Source of the DNA: an uncultured Candidatus Saccharibacteria bacterium
Lineage (GTDB): Bacteria > Patescibacteriota > Saccharimonadia > Saccharimonadales > Saccharimonadaceae
Reading direction: 5' to 3'
Length of the DNA: 64,000 bases
NCBI GenBank assembly: GCA_946409745.1
Contig: CAMJXP010000001.1
Coordinates: 20,498-84,497, forward strand
The position numbers and the translations under genes are program-made. Shown here piece after piece: positions 19,201 to 30,177 of this stretch. How positions within the stretch are numbered: position 1 is the first letter of the stretch; each line of letters opens with the position of its first letter. Below the pieces are notes generated by a model. That model did no database searches. It was not told where the DNA came from and saw only the letters and a list, made by a program, of their open reading frames with translations.

Positions 19201-21024
19201 ATGTGTGGAATTGTTGGCTATGTAGGGAACAAGAATGCACAGGATTTTTTGATTAGCGGATTAAAGAGACTTGAATATCGTGGCTATGACTCGGCTGGGA
19301 TTGTGACGCTTGATAAAGACGGAAATGCGACCTTGCTCCGGGCAAAGGGAAAGATTATTAATCTCGAAGAGAAGCTTGCGAAAAACAAGCGTGAGGATAA
19401 GATTGGAATTGGTCACACCCGTTGGGCGACGCATGGTGAACCAAGCGAAACGAATGCTCATCCACATCAAGCTGGCGATATTTATTTGGTACATAATGGC
19501 ATTATCGAAAACTACAAAGAATTAAAAGCAACTTTAACGGAGCATGAATTTAAATCTGAGACGGATACGGAAGTATTGGCGGCGCTCGTTGAATCTTTTT
19601 ACCAAGGTGGTGCACATCCACTAATTAATGCAGTTGTGCAGGCTTTAAAACTCGTAAAGGGAACTTACGGGATTGCGGTCGTATCAACCAAAGCGCCAGA
19701 TGAAATCGTAGTAGCACGCGCTGGTTCTCCGCTCGTGATTGGTGTAGGACACGATGAAACTTTGATTGCTTCGGATGCATCAGCATTAGTTGGCCACACT
19801 AAACAAGCAATCTATCTTAATGACGGTGAAGTGGCTTTGATTCACAAAGATAGTATTGAAATTAAGACCTTGAACGCTGAGCCAGTTTCGGCAAAAGTTG
19901 AAATGATCGAGACTAATCTTGCGGCGATTCAAAAAGGTGGTTACGAACATTTCCTACTCAAGGAAATCATGGAACAACCAGAATCGCTTAAAGAGACTCT
20001 ACGTGGTCGCGTGAATCTTGAAACTGGTACGGTAAGACTCGGTGGTCCAGGACTTTCAGAAGAAAAACTTAGGAAGATTAAACACCTAGTGATTGTGGGT
20101 TGTGGTACGGCTTATCATGCAGGACTTCTGGCTGGGTATTACATCGAGCAATTTACGCCGGAGATTACGATTGAGACGGTGATTGCGTCGGAATATCGTT
20201 ACCGTTCGGCTTACATTCCAAAAGATTCGGTGGCGCTGATTGTTTCGCAATCTGGTGAGACGGCAGATACGCTCGCTTGTCTTCGTGAGATTAAGAAACA
20301 AGGCGTACCGACGATTGGTATCGTTAATGCGATCGGCTCGACGATTGCCCGTGAAGTGGATGGTGGTACTTATGTCCACGTCGGTCCAGAGATTTCCGTA
20401 GCCTCGACGAAGGCCTTTACTTCGCAAATGATAGCAATGGTGATGTTTGGTCTTACAATCGCGCAAGCTAAGGGTGTGAAACCAGGCGTGCTTTATCCAT
20501 ACATCAAAGAAATCGCGAACTTGCCAGAAATGATTCGGAAGACTTTAGAGCAAGTCCATGATGATGTGAAGCGCGTGGCAGAGGCACACAAGAAATATGA
20601 GCATGCGATTTATCTTGGTCGTGATACAGCTTACCCGGCTGCAATGGAAGGTGCGTTGAAGCTTAAGGAGATTTCTTATGTGGATGCGAACGCCTATGCA
20701 TTTGGCGAACTCAAACACGGTCCATTAGCGCTCATTGATGATAGATTCCTCGAATTCGCTTTAGTGCCAAAGGGTCCGCTCTTTGATAAAGCGATTTCAA
20801 ACGTGCAGGAAGTTTTGGCACGTGGTGGGCATGTGATTGTAGTGACGAACACCGATTTCGATTTGCCAGTTGAAGATGTGATTAGAATTCCAGGTGAAAT
20901 TGAACTCTTTGCGCCGATGCTGATGAATCTCGTTTCGCAATTATTTGCTTATTACATGACGGTAGCGAAAGGTTATAATGTTGATCAGCCACGTAACTTG
21001 GCAAAGTCGGTAACTGTCGAATAA
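19201..21024 (+). CDS. glmS: Glutamine--fructose-6-phosphate transaminase
   Basis: MCGIVG, LEYRGYDSAG, HTRWATHG, SQSGETADT, PRNLAKSVTVE. Confidence 0.97.
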   Translation: MCGIVGYVGNKNAQDFLISGLKRLEYRGYDSAGIVTLDKDGNATLLRAKGKIINLEEKLAKNKREDKIGIGHTRWATHGEPSETNAHPHQAGDIYLVHNGIIENYKELKATLTEHEFKSETDTEVLAALVESFYQGGAHPLINAVVQALKLVKGTYGIAVVSTKAPDEIVVARAGSPLVIGVGHDETLIASDASALVGHTKQAIYLNDGEVALIHKDSIEIKTLNAEPVSAKVEMIETNLAAIQKGGYEHFLLKEIMEQPESLKETLRGRVNLETGTVRLGGPGLSEEKLRKIKHLVIVGCGTAYHAGLLAGYYIEQFTPEITIETVIASEYRYRSAYIPKDSVALIVSQSGETADTLACLREIKKQGVPTIGIVNAIGSTIAREVDGGTYVHVGPEISVASTKAFTSQMIAMVMFGLTIAQAKGVKPGVLYPYIKEIANLPEMIRKTLEQVHDDVKRVAEAHKKYEHAIYLGRDTAYPAAMEGALKLKEISYVDANAYAFGELKHGPLALIDDRFLEFALVPKGPLFDKAISNVQEVLARGGHVIVVTNTDFDLPVEDVIRIPGEIELFAPMLMNLVSQLFAYYMTVAKGYNVDQPRNLAKSVTVE

Positions 21025-21089
21025 AATACAAGCCCATTACGGTTTTTGTGTTATAATTTGATTAAATAAAGGTCATATAAAAGGAAATC

Positions 21090-24000
21090 GTGATGGGCAA
21101 AAAAACTGAAGGCCGTTTTCGCATTTTACTAGCGTGCGAGATAGGTTTAATTGCGATACTCGGTGCGCTACTAGCGTTAGTGATTGCTGGTAAAGCACCT
21201 TGGCAACAAGGAAAACTAAAAGTATTAAGCGTGGAGGCATCTGACGTCGTTGACGGCGTGGTGAAGTCGGACTCGCATTTTTTGGTGAAGACTGAAAATG
21301 GTAATCTGACGAGTGTTCGTAAATCGCTTTACCTTGAGCCAGCGATTGATTATGACATTGTGGAAAGAATTGGCGGATCACTTTATGAAGTGATTCCGAT
21401 GTCGGATTTGCCAGACAATACAGTTCTTAATATCGATTCCGTGAGCAATGAAGTGATTGCTTATAAATGGGCCTTCCAAACGAAAAAAGATTTATCGGTT
21501 TCCAAGTTTTACCCGGTTGATGGCGCGAATTATGTATCGAAGAATTCAGTGATTGAATTTGCATTTTCGTATCCAGATATTGAAGATGTCGAATCGCATT
21601 TTTCGATTTCGCCGGCGATTGAAGGTAGTTTGAAAAAAGAAGGACGGGTGTGGCGATTTACCCCATCAGCGCCACTTGCCGAAAATGCGACCTATGAAGT
21701 GACGATTAAGGCAGGACTCAAATATGGCGAGCAAGTCATGAAGAGTGATTTCCATTCAAGTTTTTCGACCTATGCGAAAGCAACAACTTCTTATGACACG
21801 AATGCTCGGCACGGTATAACTTTTGATGATGTGAATACATTTACCGAAAGTGAAGCGCCAGTGGTGTTGTTCTCTAACGAGACTGCCTTTAAGGATACTA
21901 CGGGTGTCAAGATTGAGAAGTACGAGAAGGTCGACGATTACATCAAGTTTTTGAAGGATGGGACCGGTAGTGGCTCGACTATCGATGGCGAGTTTACGTT
22001 TGAGAAGAGGACGGAGGCCGGTGGCACTTCCTATGATTGGAATTACTTGTTAACACTAAATCAGACTTTAACATCCGGTTACTATATATTTCATTTTGTG
22101 AATGCGTCTGGAACTAACACTTATGATGCTTACATCCAGGTGAATAATTATGCGGCGTACGCATTTGAATCGGAACGCGATGTTTTGGTATGGGTGGCGA
22201 GAGATGGAGAATTAAAGTCTGGCGTGAATGTAAGCTACAATGGCAAGTCTCAACAGACCGATGATAAAGGTGTTGTGATTTTTAAAGATATTTCGGATTT
22301 TTCGAATGAATTAAGTTATGTGAAAGTTGGTGATGAAAACCAGCCGTTAATCGTGGCGCTAAAGAATTATCGGAATGATTTATATCCGAGTGGCTACGTT
22401 TATACGGATCGCCCTTTGTATAAACCGACAGACACAATTAAAGTTTGGGGTTACATTCCAATTAAATTCTTCCGCGATACGCCGAACCGACAAAACTTTA
22501 ACGTAGTTTTTGGGACACTTAAAAAGACGGTGACACTGGATGAGGATGGTTTCTTCTCGACGGAGATTCAGCTAGATAACTATCGCGATACGAAAGCGTA
22601 TAGCTTAGACGTTCAGTATAATGATTCGATACTAGCAAGCCGGAGAATCTCAGTAGAGGATTACACGCTCGAAAATTATTCTTATGAAGTGATTGCTGAT
22701 AAAAACTATGTCAATGGTGGTGAAAATATTAATTTCTCGGTGAAAGTAACGCATGTGACTGGTTTCCCAGCAACGAACAAGACGATTGCCGTGTATGGGG
22801 ATGGTGGCAGGGAAATCTATGGCACAACTAATGGACAAGGCGTGGCTTCGTTTACTATTCCGACAACTCAGGTTACAGCCACACAAACACACAGTACGAA
22901 CATTGAATCTAGGAATTTTCATATTAAGGCGGCTGGTGTTGAATACAATAAATACGACACGGTGGCAAGTTTCTATGTGTTTAAGAATAATCTGACTTTT
23001 TCGCTGAAACATGACGCTGAAGCAAAGAAGCTTGAATTCACGGCTAAGGTTCTTGATTTAACTAAGAATGTGAAGACAAACTATAGTTATAAAAATATTG
23101 AGACGTCAAACTATTCTGGTCCTGGCAAGGTGTATCTTCACATGGCAATAACGGAACGGGTGGAAAGTGGTCAGTATTATAATCCTTATACAAAAGAGAC
23201 ATCGACAACTTACAACTATTTTACTTACGATCACCAAATTGGCGTGTATGATGTAACGTTTGAGGATGGTAATGCTTCATTCAGCTATCCAACGGAGTTT
23301 AATGAACCAACGGAGACTATGCAGTATCGATACTACGCGATAGCGTCGGCGACGGATGCAAAAGGTAGACCGGCTTATTCTGGACAGGTGAATTATTACC
23401 AGAATAGCTTCGGTGGAACTACTTCTACTGGCGCAAAGAGAAATAGTAATACGCTTAATGATTATTATTCATATTATGGCAACAACTTGTCATGGGCGTA
23501 TAATATGTATCGTTTCGGCTTGAAGGATTACAACTATCCGGTAGAAACGAATTATCATCAACAGTATAACTATTCGATTGGCGATAAGTTGAGACTTGGA
23601 CTTTATGATGCAACAGGACAAAAGGTGGATAATGAAGGCACAATCTTGGTAGTTGCATTTAAGGAAAACATTGTTAGTACTAATACATTTAATGAGAATG
23701 ATTACGAGCTAGAATTTGATCAGAATATGTACCCGGGCTCGGAACTTATTGGTGCATACTTTATGAACGGTAGATTCTATCGTATTATGCCGAGCTACAG
23801 AGATTACAAGCATTCGGATTCGGAATTAACGGTAAAGGTAACACCGGAAAAGGAATCGTATGAACCGGGTGACACTGTAAAGACGAAGATTGTGGTAGAA
23901 AGAAAAGACGGTAGTAAACCAGATAAGGTCAGAGTGAATCTTTCGGTAGTAAATGAAGCAATCTTCAATGCCGATGATGATCGGACGGAAATTCTGAATA

Positions 24001-25814
24001 ATATTTACACAAATAAGAAGTTAAAACTCTATTCAATGTCGACATTTACAGACTTTGAATTAGTTGGTTCTGATGGTGGGCTTGGTGCTGCTTACTATTG
24101 GAGATTTGACTTTGGCGATACATTGTTCTTTGAAGAAAGGACGATTAATAATGGTGAGGGCGAGTTTGAATTTAAGCTCAATGATTCGATTACATCATTC
24201 CGCATTACAGTGCATGCGGTGGAAGTGAACGATGTAATTAATGCTGGTGTTGGCACAGCTAAGGTGGCTTCGTACTTGCCACTTTCGATTTCGACGGTGA
24301 TGCCGAAGTATGCTAAGAATACTGATGATGTGGTACTGAATGCGAATGCGGTGGTGGCCGGTGGCGATAAGATTGATTTCACATTTACGATTGACGGAAT
24401 CGATAAAACACTCACGGCTTCTGGCAAGCCAGGGCAGAATGTGTTCGTGAACTTCGGTAAACTGGAACTCGGCGAATATACGATTAGGATTTCGGGACGC
24501 GATTCGGCGGGAAATGAAGATAAAATGGCCTTTGCTCTAAGAGTGGTTGAGACAACCCAAGAAGTCTCGATTAAGAAAGAAGTAGAACTCGCAAGTGGGA
24601 CGACAGTGACGCCGGTTAAAAATCCGGTGATTGTAGAGATTTATAACAAGAATACAAAAACGTATCTTAGCTATCTCGATTTCATTCGTTCGAATTTGAC
24701 TTCACGCCTCGATACACAAGTTGCTTACTATAAGTCATTTGAATATAGTGATAAATACTATGATGAAATCACGTCTAGCCAGACCCCGAACCTTAGTGGA
24801 TACTTGTTAACGGATGGTTTGTTGAAGCCACTCGAGAATGCGGCGGGTGATTATGTACTGACGGCGCTCACGAATTACTACATGCCAGATTACTTCAAAC
24901 TGAAGGCAGCCAATTATAGCTTAGACCTCAAGGACGATACACCGACGATTATCAATAAACTGTTAGTACTGGCAAGCTTTAGGGAACCGGTGTTACTTGA
25001 ATTAAAGGAAGTGGCTAAGACGGCAGGACTTACGAATGAAGAAAGAGTGAAAATTGGTATTGCATTTGCCTTCCTCGGTGATTACGACAGCGCGAAACTA
25101 TTCTATGATGATTTCTTAACTGATGATGTGGCGGATCTCGCGGCGGTCCTCGCGACCTTCATTAACAAGGAAAAGGCAGCCGAGAAGATTGATGCCGTGA
25201 TTGCGATTGACTCAGCGGCGGATTACTTGGAGTATGCCTTAATCTCGTTCTTTGAAAATAACGAAACTGATTTGTCACAGAAGGAATCAGTGGCGATTTC
25301 GACTAACGGTTCGACAGAGAATGTAGATATCTTGCCGCTCAAGATTGAGAAGCGGGTGTTCTACATGGATGAACTTAAGGATATTAAGTTTAATCCTTCA
25401 TCGGATAGTTTACTTGCGACATATTATTATCAGGGTAGGATATCTGAACTTGGTGAAAACTACCTTGATGACATTTCGATTAGTTTTGAGGGCAACAAGA
25501 AAGTCGGCGGTACTTCGACGCTCGTGATTGATATTACGAAGCTGGTTGGGGAAGCAAGGAATGGTACGATTAACTTGGCGCTGCCATCGAGCTTGAAATA
25601 TTCGGCGACACTGAGTAGTGCGGATGGTCTATATCTCATTAAGAACAATAATGAATATGTGAGCATCATGCTATCTGATCGTTACAAGGGCAATCAAGTC
25701 AGGATTCCGGTCTATGTGACGATGAGCGGTAATTACGAGATTGAGCCGGTGGTATTTATCAATAATAATACCTATCACATCTCGAATAATTTGACGCTGG
25801 ATTTGCAACAGTAA
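21090..25814 (+). CDS. Alpha-2-macroglobulin-like large surface protein with N-terminal Ig-like (Big_5-like) domains
   Basis: N-terminal TM; YTDRPLYKPTDTI (MG2), YEPGDTVK, FGDTLFF...LNDSITSFRI A2M motifs; no CxEQ seen. Confidence 0.7.
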   Translation: MMGKKTEGRFRILLACEIGLIAILGALLALVIAGKAPWQQGKLKVLSVEASDVVDGVVKSDSHFLVKTENGNLTSVRKSLYLEPAIDYDIVERIGGSLYEVIPMSDLPDNTVLNIDSVSNEVIAYKWAFQTKKDLSVSKFYPVDGANYVSKNSVIEFAFSYPDIEDVESHFSISPAIEGSLKKEGRVWRFTPSAPLAENATYEVTIKAGLKYGEQVMKSDFHSSFSTYAKATTSYDTNARHGITFDDVNTFTESEAPVVLFSNETAFKDTTGVKIEKYEKVDDYIKFLKDGTGSGSTIDGEFTFEKRTEAGGTSYDWNYLLTLNQTLTSGYYIFHFVNASGTNTYDAYIQVNNYAAYAFESERDVLVWVARDGELKSGVNVSYNGKSQQTDDKGVVIFKDISDFSNELSYVKVGDENQPLIVALKNYRNDLYPSGYVYTDRPLYKPTDTIKVWGYIPIKFFRDTPNRQNFNVVFGTLKKTVTLDEDGFFSTEIQLDNYRDTKAYSLDVQYNDSILASRRISVEDYTLENYSYEVIADKNYVNGGENINFSVKVTHVTGFPATNKTIAVYGDGGREIYGTTNGQGVASFTIPTTQVTATQTHSTNIESRNFHIKAAGVEYNKYDTVASFYVFKNNLTFSLKHDAEAKKLEFTAKVLDLTKNVKTNYSYKNIETSNYSGPGKVYLHMAITERVESGQYYNPYTKETSTTYNYFTYDHQIGVYDVTFEDGNASFSYPTEFNEPTETMQYRYYAIASATDAKGRPAYSGQVNYYQNSFGGTTSTGAKRNSNTLNDYYSYYGNNLSWAYNMYRFGLKDYNYPVETNYHQQYNYSIGDKLRLGLYDATGQKVDNEGTILVVAFKENIVSTNTFNENDYELEFDQNMYPGSELIGAYFMNGRFYRIMPSYRDYKHSDSELTVKVTPEKESYEPGDTVKTKIVVERKDGSKPDKVRVNLSVVNEAIFNADDDRTEILNNIYTNKKLKLYSMSTFTDFELVGSDGGLGAAYYWRFDFGDTLFFEERTINNGEGEFEFKLNDSITSFRITVHAVEVNDVINAGVGTAKVASYLPLSISTVMPKYAKNTDDVVLNANAVVAGGDKIDFTFTIDGIDKTLTASGKPGQNVFVNFGKLELGEYTIRISGRDSAGNEDKMAFALRVVETTQEVSIKKEVELASGTTVTPVKNPVIVEIYNKNTKTYLSYLDFIRSNLTSRLDTQVAYYKSFEYSDKYYDEITSSQTPNLSGYLLTDGLLKPLENAAGDYVLTALTNYYMPDYFKLKAANYSLDLKDDTPTIINKLLVLASFREPVLLELKEVAKTAGLTNEERVKIGIAFAFLGDYDSAKLFYDDFLTDDVADLAAVLATFINKEKAAEKIDAVIAIDSAADYLEYALISFFENNETDLSQKESVAISTNGSTENVDILPLKIEKRVFYMDELKDIKFNPSSDSLLATYYYQGRISELGENYLDDISISFEGNKKVGGTSTLVIDITKLVGEARNGTINLALPSSLKYSATLSSADGLYLIKNNNEYVSIMLSDRYKGNQVRIPVYVTMSGNYEIEPVVFINNNTYHISNNLTLDLQQ

Positions 25815-25838
25815 CAGATAAAATGCTATAATTAATAT

Positions 25839-27263
25839 ATGCGGAAAAAGTCCGATTATATTCTGAGAGTTTGTTTAATTATTGGTGATGCAGTGGCGCT
25901 AGTGCTGTCTTTTGCGATGGCCTACTTCATCCGTGTGCACGTAGATCCGCGTCCGTACGAGTTTAACTCGCAGCTTTTAGTATTTACACGCGAAACTTTA
26001 TGGGTGATTCCGTTCTTAATTGTGATTCTGGCAGCGCTTGGGCTATATAAGAAATCAGTATTTCTTGGTAAGTCTAGAATGCCGGAAGTGGGAAGATTAA
26101 TTCTTGCAGCGATTTTAAGTGTGGCAGCGCTCATCGTTTATGATTTTTTTACGAGTAATAATCTATTCCCGGTGAGAGTCGTGGCGCTAATGTCCGTATT
26201 CTTGTCGTTTGTGTTCTTGGTAGTGGAACGGATGCTGATGCGACTAATCGTGAGACAGATTTTTAAACGAGATTATGGCACGAAGCGCGTAGTAATTATT
26301 GGTAATAATAAGAATACGGAATATCTCGCGAACTATATTTCGTCTTCGCCAGAAAGTGGGTATAGACTAGTGGGCGTGGTATCGGCGAGAAAATATATTC
26401 CAGAAGATTTACGCGATAAACAGTACTCGTCACTTAAAGATGCACTTCGCCGGGCGAAGCCGGATGTGATTTTCCAGACGGATGAGAAGTCGACGGAATA
26501 TGTGTATCGCCAGGCAATTAATCAGCATTTACTATATTATTTCGTACCTTCTGAAACGGCTTTGTCGTCGCACTTTGGCGAACTGGAACTCGTGGGGAAT
26601 ACGCCGGCGGTGCTGGTGAAGCTCACACCACTCACAGGCGGTGCGGCGGTGGTAAAAAGAATGTGCGATATTGTATTGTCATTCATTGGATTAATTATCG
26701 GTGCGATTCCAATGTTCATTATTTGGCTCGTGATTAAACTTTCGGATGTGAAACATAAAGCGATTTATGCAGACGAAAGGCTCACACAATTTAATCGTAA
26801 GTTTAGGTGTTACAAATTCCGTTCAATGAAATCGGAATATAGTGGCATGACGCCGGAAGAAGCGTTTATTAAGATGGGGAAGCCAGAGCTAATTAAAAAA
26901 TATCGCAAGAATGGCGATTTCCTAAAGGACGATCCGAGAATTACGAAGTTCGGTAGATTTATCCGAAAAACTTCACTCGACGAACTCCCACAACTCGTGA
27001 ACATTTTGAAGGGTGATATTTCACTAATTGGACCGCGAGCTTTACTCCCTGGCGAACTGCGCGATTATGGTGATAGGTCGCTCCTTCTCACGGTGAAGTC
27101 TGGCTTAACGGGTTTTGCGCAAGTGTCTGGTAGGCGTGATATTTCATTTGAAGAACGTAGAGCACTGGATATTTATTACGTGATGAACTGGTCACTAATG
27201 CTTGATACTCAGATTTTCTTTAGAACGATTGTGTCGGTAATCAAGCGAGACGGTGCAAAATGA
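25839..27263 (+). CDS. Polyprenyl glycosylphosphotransferase (WcaJ/WbaP-like initiating sugar transferase)
   Basis: N-terminal TMs; KRMCDI, YKFRSM, DDPRIT.FGRFIRKTSLDELPQL.NILKGDISLIGPR. Confidence 0.92.
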   Translation: MRKKSDYILRVCLIIGDAVALVLSFAMAYFIRVHVDPRPYEFNSQLLVFTRETLWVIPFLIVILAALGLYKKSVFLGKSRMPEVGRLILAAILSVAALIVYDFFTSNNLFPVRVVALMSVFLSFVFLVVERMLMRLIVRQIFKRDYGTKRVVIIGNNKNTEYLANYISSSPESGYRLVGVVSARKYIPEDLRDKQYSSLKDALRRAKPDVIFQTDEKSTEYVYRQAINQHLLYYFVPSETALSSHFGELELVGNTPAVLVKLTPLTGGAAVVKRMCDIVLSFIGLIIGAIPMFIIWLVIKLSDVKHKAIYADERLTQFNRKFRCYKFRSMKSEYSGMTPEEAFIKMGKPELIKKYRKNGDFLKDDPRITKFGRFIRKTSLDELPQLVNILKGDISLIGPRALLPGELRDYGDRSLLLTVKSGLTGFAQVSGRRDISFEERRALDIYYVMNWSLMLDTQIFFRTIVSVIKRDGAK

Positions 27264-28366
27264 AAGTTGCGATTGTTTGTGATTGGTTAACAAATGTTGG
27301 TGGTGCGGAGAAGGTTTTACTTGCCGTCCATAAACTCTATCCGGATGCGCCGATCTATACTTCGAAATATAACCCAAAGGGAATTGATTGGTTTAAGGAT
27401 GCGGATGTAAGGACTGGATGGCTACAGATTTTTCCGTCATGCCTACGTCGGTTTCTTGGTGTGTTTCGGCAGAGATGGTTTTCGCATTTGAAACTCTCGG
27501 AGTATGATTTAGTGATTTCGGTGACGGGTGCGGAAGCAAAAGCGGTGAAGGTGCCAAACGGAATTCATATTTCGTATTGCCATGTACCGACGCAGTATTA
27601 TTGGCAGATGTATGATGAATACGTGGAGAATCCGGGATTTGGGATTCTAAATCCGTTGGTCCGGTTTTTCTTTAAATTACTCGTGAAGCCACTTCGCAAA
27701 AAAGATTTCAAAGCGGCGCAGGATGTAGATTATTTTGTAACGATTTCGGATTATGCAAAAGATTTGATTAAAAAATACTATAAACGTGACGCAGTGGTGG
27801 TACATCCGCCGGTTGAAGTTGATGATTTTAAAGTAAAAGAATTTGGTGAGGTTGAAGATTATTATATTGTGACTTCGCGCCAGGTGACTTGGAAGAAACT
27901 GGATCTCGCCGTAAAAGCATGTCTCAAAGCAAACAGGAAATTACTGGTAATCGGGGAGGGACCGGAACATAAGAACTTGGTGAAGATGGCGGGTGATTCC
28001 CCACTGATTAAGTTTTTGCCGCTCATGGATAAAAAGGAATTAAAGAAATATTTGTCGCATGCTAAAGGATATTTGTTCCCAAGCATGGAACCGTTTGGGA
28101 TTGCGCCGGTTGAGGCACTTGCGACGGGTTGCCCGGTAATTGCTTTTAAAGAAGGTGGCGCGAAAGATTATGTGTTTGATAAAAAGAATGGGCTTTTGTT
28201 TGACAAGCAGACCGTGAGTTCACTGGCGGACGCAATTAATGAATTTGAGAAAATGAAATTCGATCGTAAGGAAGTGAGCAAAACAGCAGACGGATTTAGT
28301 GGGAAGAGATTTGATAAGGAACTCACAGATTATGCGAGGGGGTGTCTAAATGAGAGAAAGAAGTAG
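27260..28366 (+). CDS. GT4-family glycosyltransferase
   Basis: DWLTNVGGAEKV; EPFGIAPVEALATG (Ex7E). Confidence 0.9.
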   Translation: MKVAIVCDWLTNVGGAEKVLLAVHKLYPDAPIYTSKYNPKGIDWFKDADVRTGWLQIFPSCLRRFLGVFRQRWFSHLKLSEYDLVISVTGAEAKAVKVPNGIHISYCHVPTQYYWQMYDEYVENPGFGILNPLVRFFFKLLVKPLRKKDFKAAQDVDYFVTISDYAKDLIKKYYKRDAVVVHPPVEVDDFKVKEFGEVEDYYIVTSRQVTWKKLDLAVKACLKANRKLLVIGEGPEHKNLVKMAGDSPLIKFLPLMDKKELKKYLSHAKGYLFPSMEPFGIAPVEALATGCPVIAFKEGGAKDYVFDKKNGLLFDKQTVSSLADAINEFEKMKFDRKEVSKTADGFSGKRFDKELTDYARGCLNERKK

Positions 28367-29765
28367 ATTTTACCGTATATTATTATATGTACTGCCGGCG
28401 GTGCTGTATTTTTCGTATTATCCTTTGATTTCGTTTGGTACAAATGAGTCGATGCATTTTGAAATCAATTTGCCTTTGATATGGCTCGCCGTATTTGATG
28501 TGACGGCACTAGTTTTAATTATCAAAAGAAAAAAGATTAACGAAGTTTTTTCGAAATGGCAATATTTCTCGTTTCCGGTTTTTGCGAGTTTAAGTTTGCT
28601 GTGGTCGGCGAACCGCGTGCGTGGTTTGCTCACGGTTGGCGTGGTGTGGATGATTTTCTTTGCGGCGTTATCTTTTTATCTACTGCGCGAAGAAGTGGCG
28701 GAAAAAAAGTTTTGGCAGAAACTTTGGAAGATTTTTATCGGTAGCTCGCTTGCAGTAGTGGGCTGGTGCGTATTGCAATGTATCTTAGATCTCGTGGGTG
28801 TGCCGAGAGAATGCTCATTAATGTGTGAGGGATGTGTGTCGACGACGTTTGGCTTCCCACATCCAAATGGCTTTGCGATTGAACCGCAATTTATGGGAAA
28901 CTTGCTACTCGCGCCAACAATTATGTGCGGTTTGTTCATGCTGAAAAACCATTCGAAGAAGACGATGATACTATTCTTTGTGTTTCTATGTGGATTATTC
29001 TTAACATTTTCGCGCGGAGCAATTTATGCCGTGATGGTCGCGATGATTTTCTATACAGTGATGCAGATTGTGAAGACGAAAAAACTTAAAGCGATGTTTT
29101 TGTGGCCAGTAATTATTCTCGCCTTTATTTTCACTTTGAATTTGCAGGGGATTATGGCGGCAGTGTCACCAACGAGTGATACTTACATGTCTGGTGTAGC
29201 GAAAGTTCTAAACCATTTGTCACTTGGAATTATTGATGTCAGGCCAAAGGACAATAATAATGCCGGCGCGACGGTGGTAGACGGGACAATAATCGAGGGT
29301 GATCCGGCTGATAATTTGCCACCGGATCCAGATGCAGCGTCGAAACCAAATGGATCGCTAGTCACATCAACTTTTGATGGCTATGTAGAAGATTCAACGA
29401 ATATTAGAATGCAGCTCACGGGCGCAGCAATTAAGACCTGGGCGAAGGACCCGGCTACGATTCTGTTTGGTGTGGGCGTAGGTGGCGCCGGACAGGCAAT
29501 GTATGATGCTGGTAATACGGATTGGCCGAAGGAAATCGTGCAAAATGAATATGTGAGCTTGCTGCTTGAAACTGGTTTAGTTGGGACTATGATTTTGGCA
29601 CTGACGGGCGTGGTGGTGTTTAATTCTTTGAAGAAATCGAAACACTTTGAATTAATCTCGACGGTTCTGGTGGGATATGGAATAACCCTGCTATTCTTCG
29701 CAGGGCTTCCAAATGTGATTCACTTATATTTGATTCCGGCTATAATGCCTTTCGGAAGAAATTAG
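28350..29765 (+). CDS. O-antigen ligase / Wzy_C-family membrane protein
   Basis: Multiple TMs; LTFSRGA; R...W...FGVGVG; NEYVSLLLETGLVG. Confidence 0.75.
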   Translation: MRERSRFYRILLYVLPAVLYFSYYPLISFGTNESMHFEINLPLIWLAVFDVTALVLIIKRKKINEVFSKWQYFSFPVFASLSLLWSANRVRGLLTVGVVWMIFFAALSFYLLREEVAEKKFWQKLWKIFIGSSLAVVGWCVLQCILDLVGVPRECSLMCEGCVSTTFGFPHPNGFAIEPQFMGNLLLAPTIMCGLFMLKNHSKKTMILFFVFLCGLFLTFSRGAIYAVMVAMIFYTVMQIVKTKKLKAMFLWPVIILAFIFTLNLQGIMAAVSPTSDTYMSGVAKVLNHLSLGIIDVRPKDNNNAGATVVDGTIIEGDPADNLPPDPDAASKPNGSLVTSTFDGYVEDSTNIRMQLTGAAIKTWAKDPATILFGVGVGGAGQAMYDAGNTDWPKEIVQNEYVSLLLETGLVGTMILALTGVVVFNSLKKSKHFELISTVLVGYGITLLFFAGLPNVIHLYLIPAIMPFGRN

Positions 29766-30177
29766 TATCGTAGACTTCGGCACCGTGATGCTTGTAGAAC
29801 TCTTGGGATTTTTCACGGCCGTGACCGCAAGTGAATTCTAGGTTTTTGCAACCTTTTGCTCTGGCCCATGCTTCGTAAGCGTTCCAAATGGCAGTGCCGA
29901 CACCCTTGCCACGAACTTCGGCGTCTGTCACGAAATCTTCGAGGTAGGCGTTCTTGCGGATGCCAGGACCCATGGTGACCGAGACGCTTGCAATGCCAAG
30001 AATCTTGCCATCTTCTTCGGCGATGAGTAAATCGTGCCATGGGGAATTGATGATATCATTGAACCAGTCTTCTGGAATCTCGCCTTTGTCTTTGCCACTA
30101 CGGGAAAGTTGGATTAATAATTCTCGCACGCGGTTCGCGATTTCTGGCGTGTAATGGTCAAGTGGTTTGACAATCAT
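29740..30177 (-). CDS. GNAT N-acetyltransferase, GNA1-like
   Basis: LLIQLS, AYLEDFVTD..VRGKGVG acetyl-CoA motif, GCKNLEFTC, FY; start overlaps the glmM stop. Confidence 0.8.
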   Translation of the reverse strand: MIVKPLDHYTPEIANRVRELLIQLSRSGKDKGEIPEDWFNDIINSPWHDLLIAEEDGKILGIASVSVTMGPGIRKNAYLEDFVTDAEVRGKGVGTAIWNAYEAWARAKGCKNLEFTCGHGREKSQEFYKHHGAEVYDTNFFRKAL

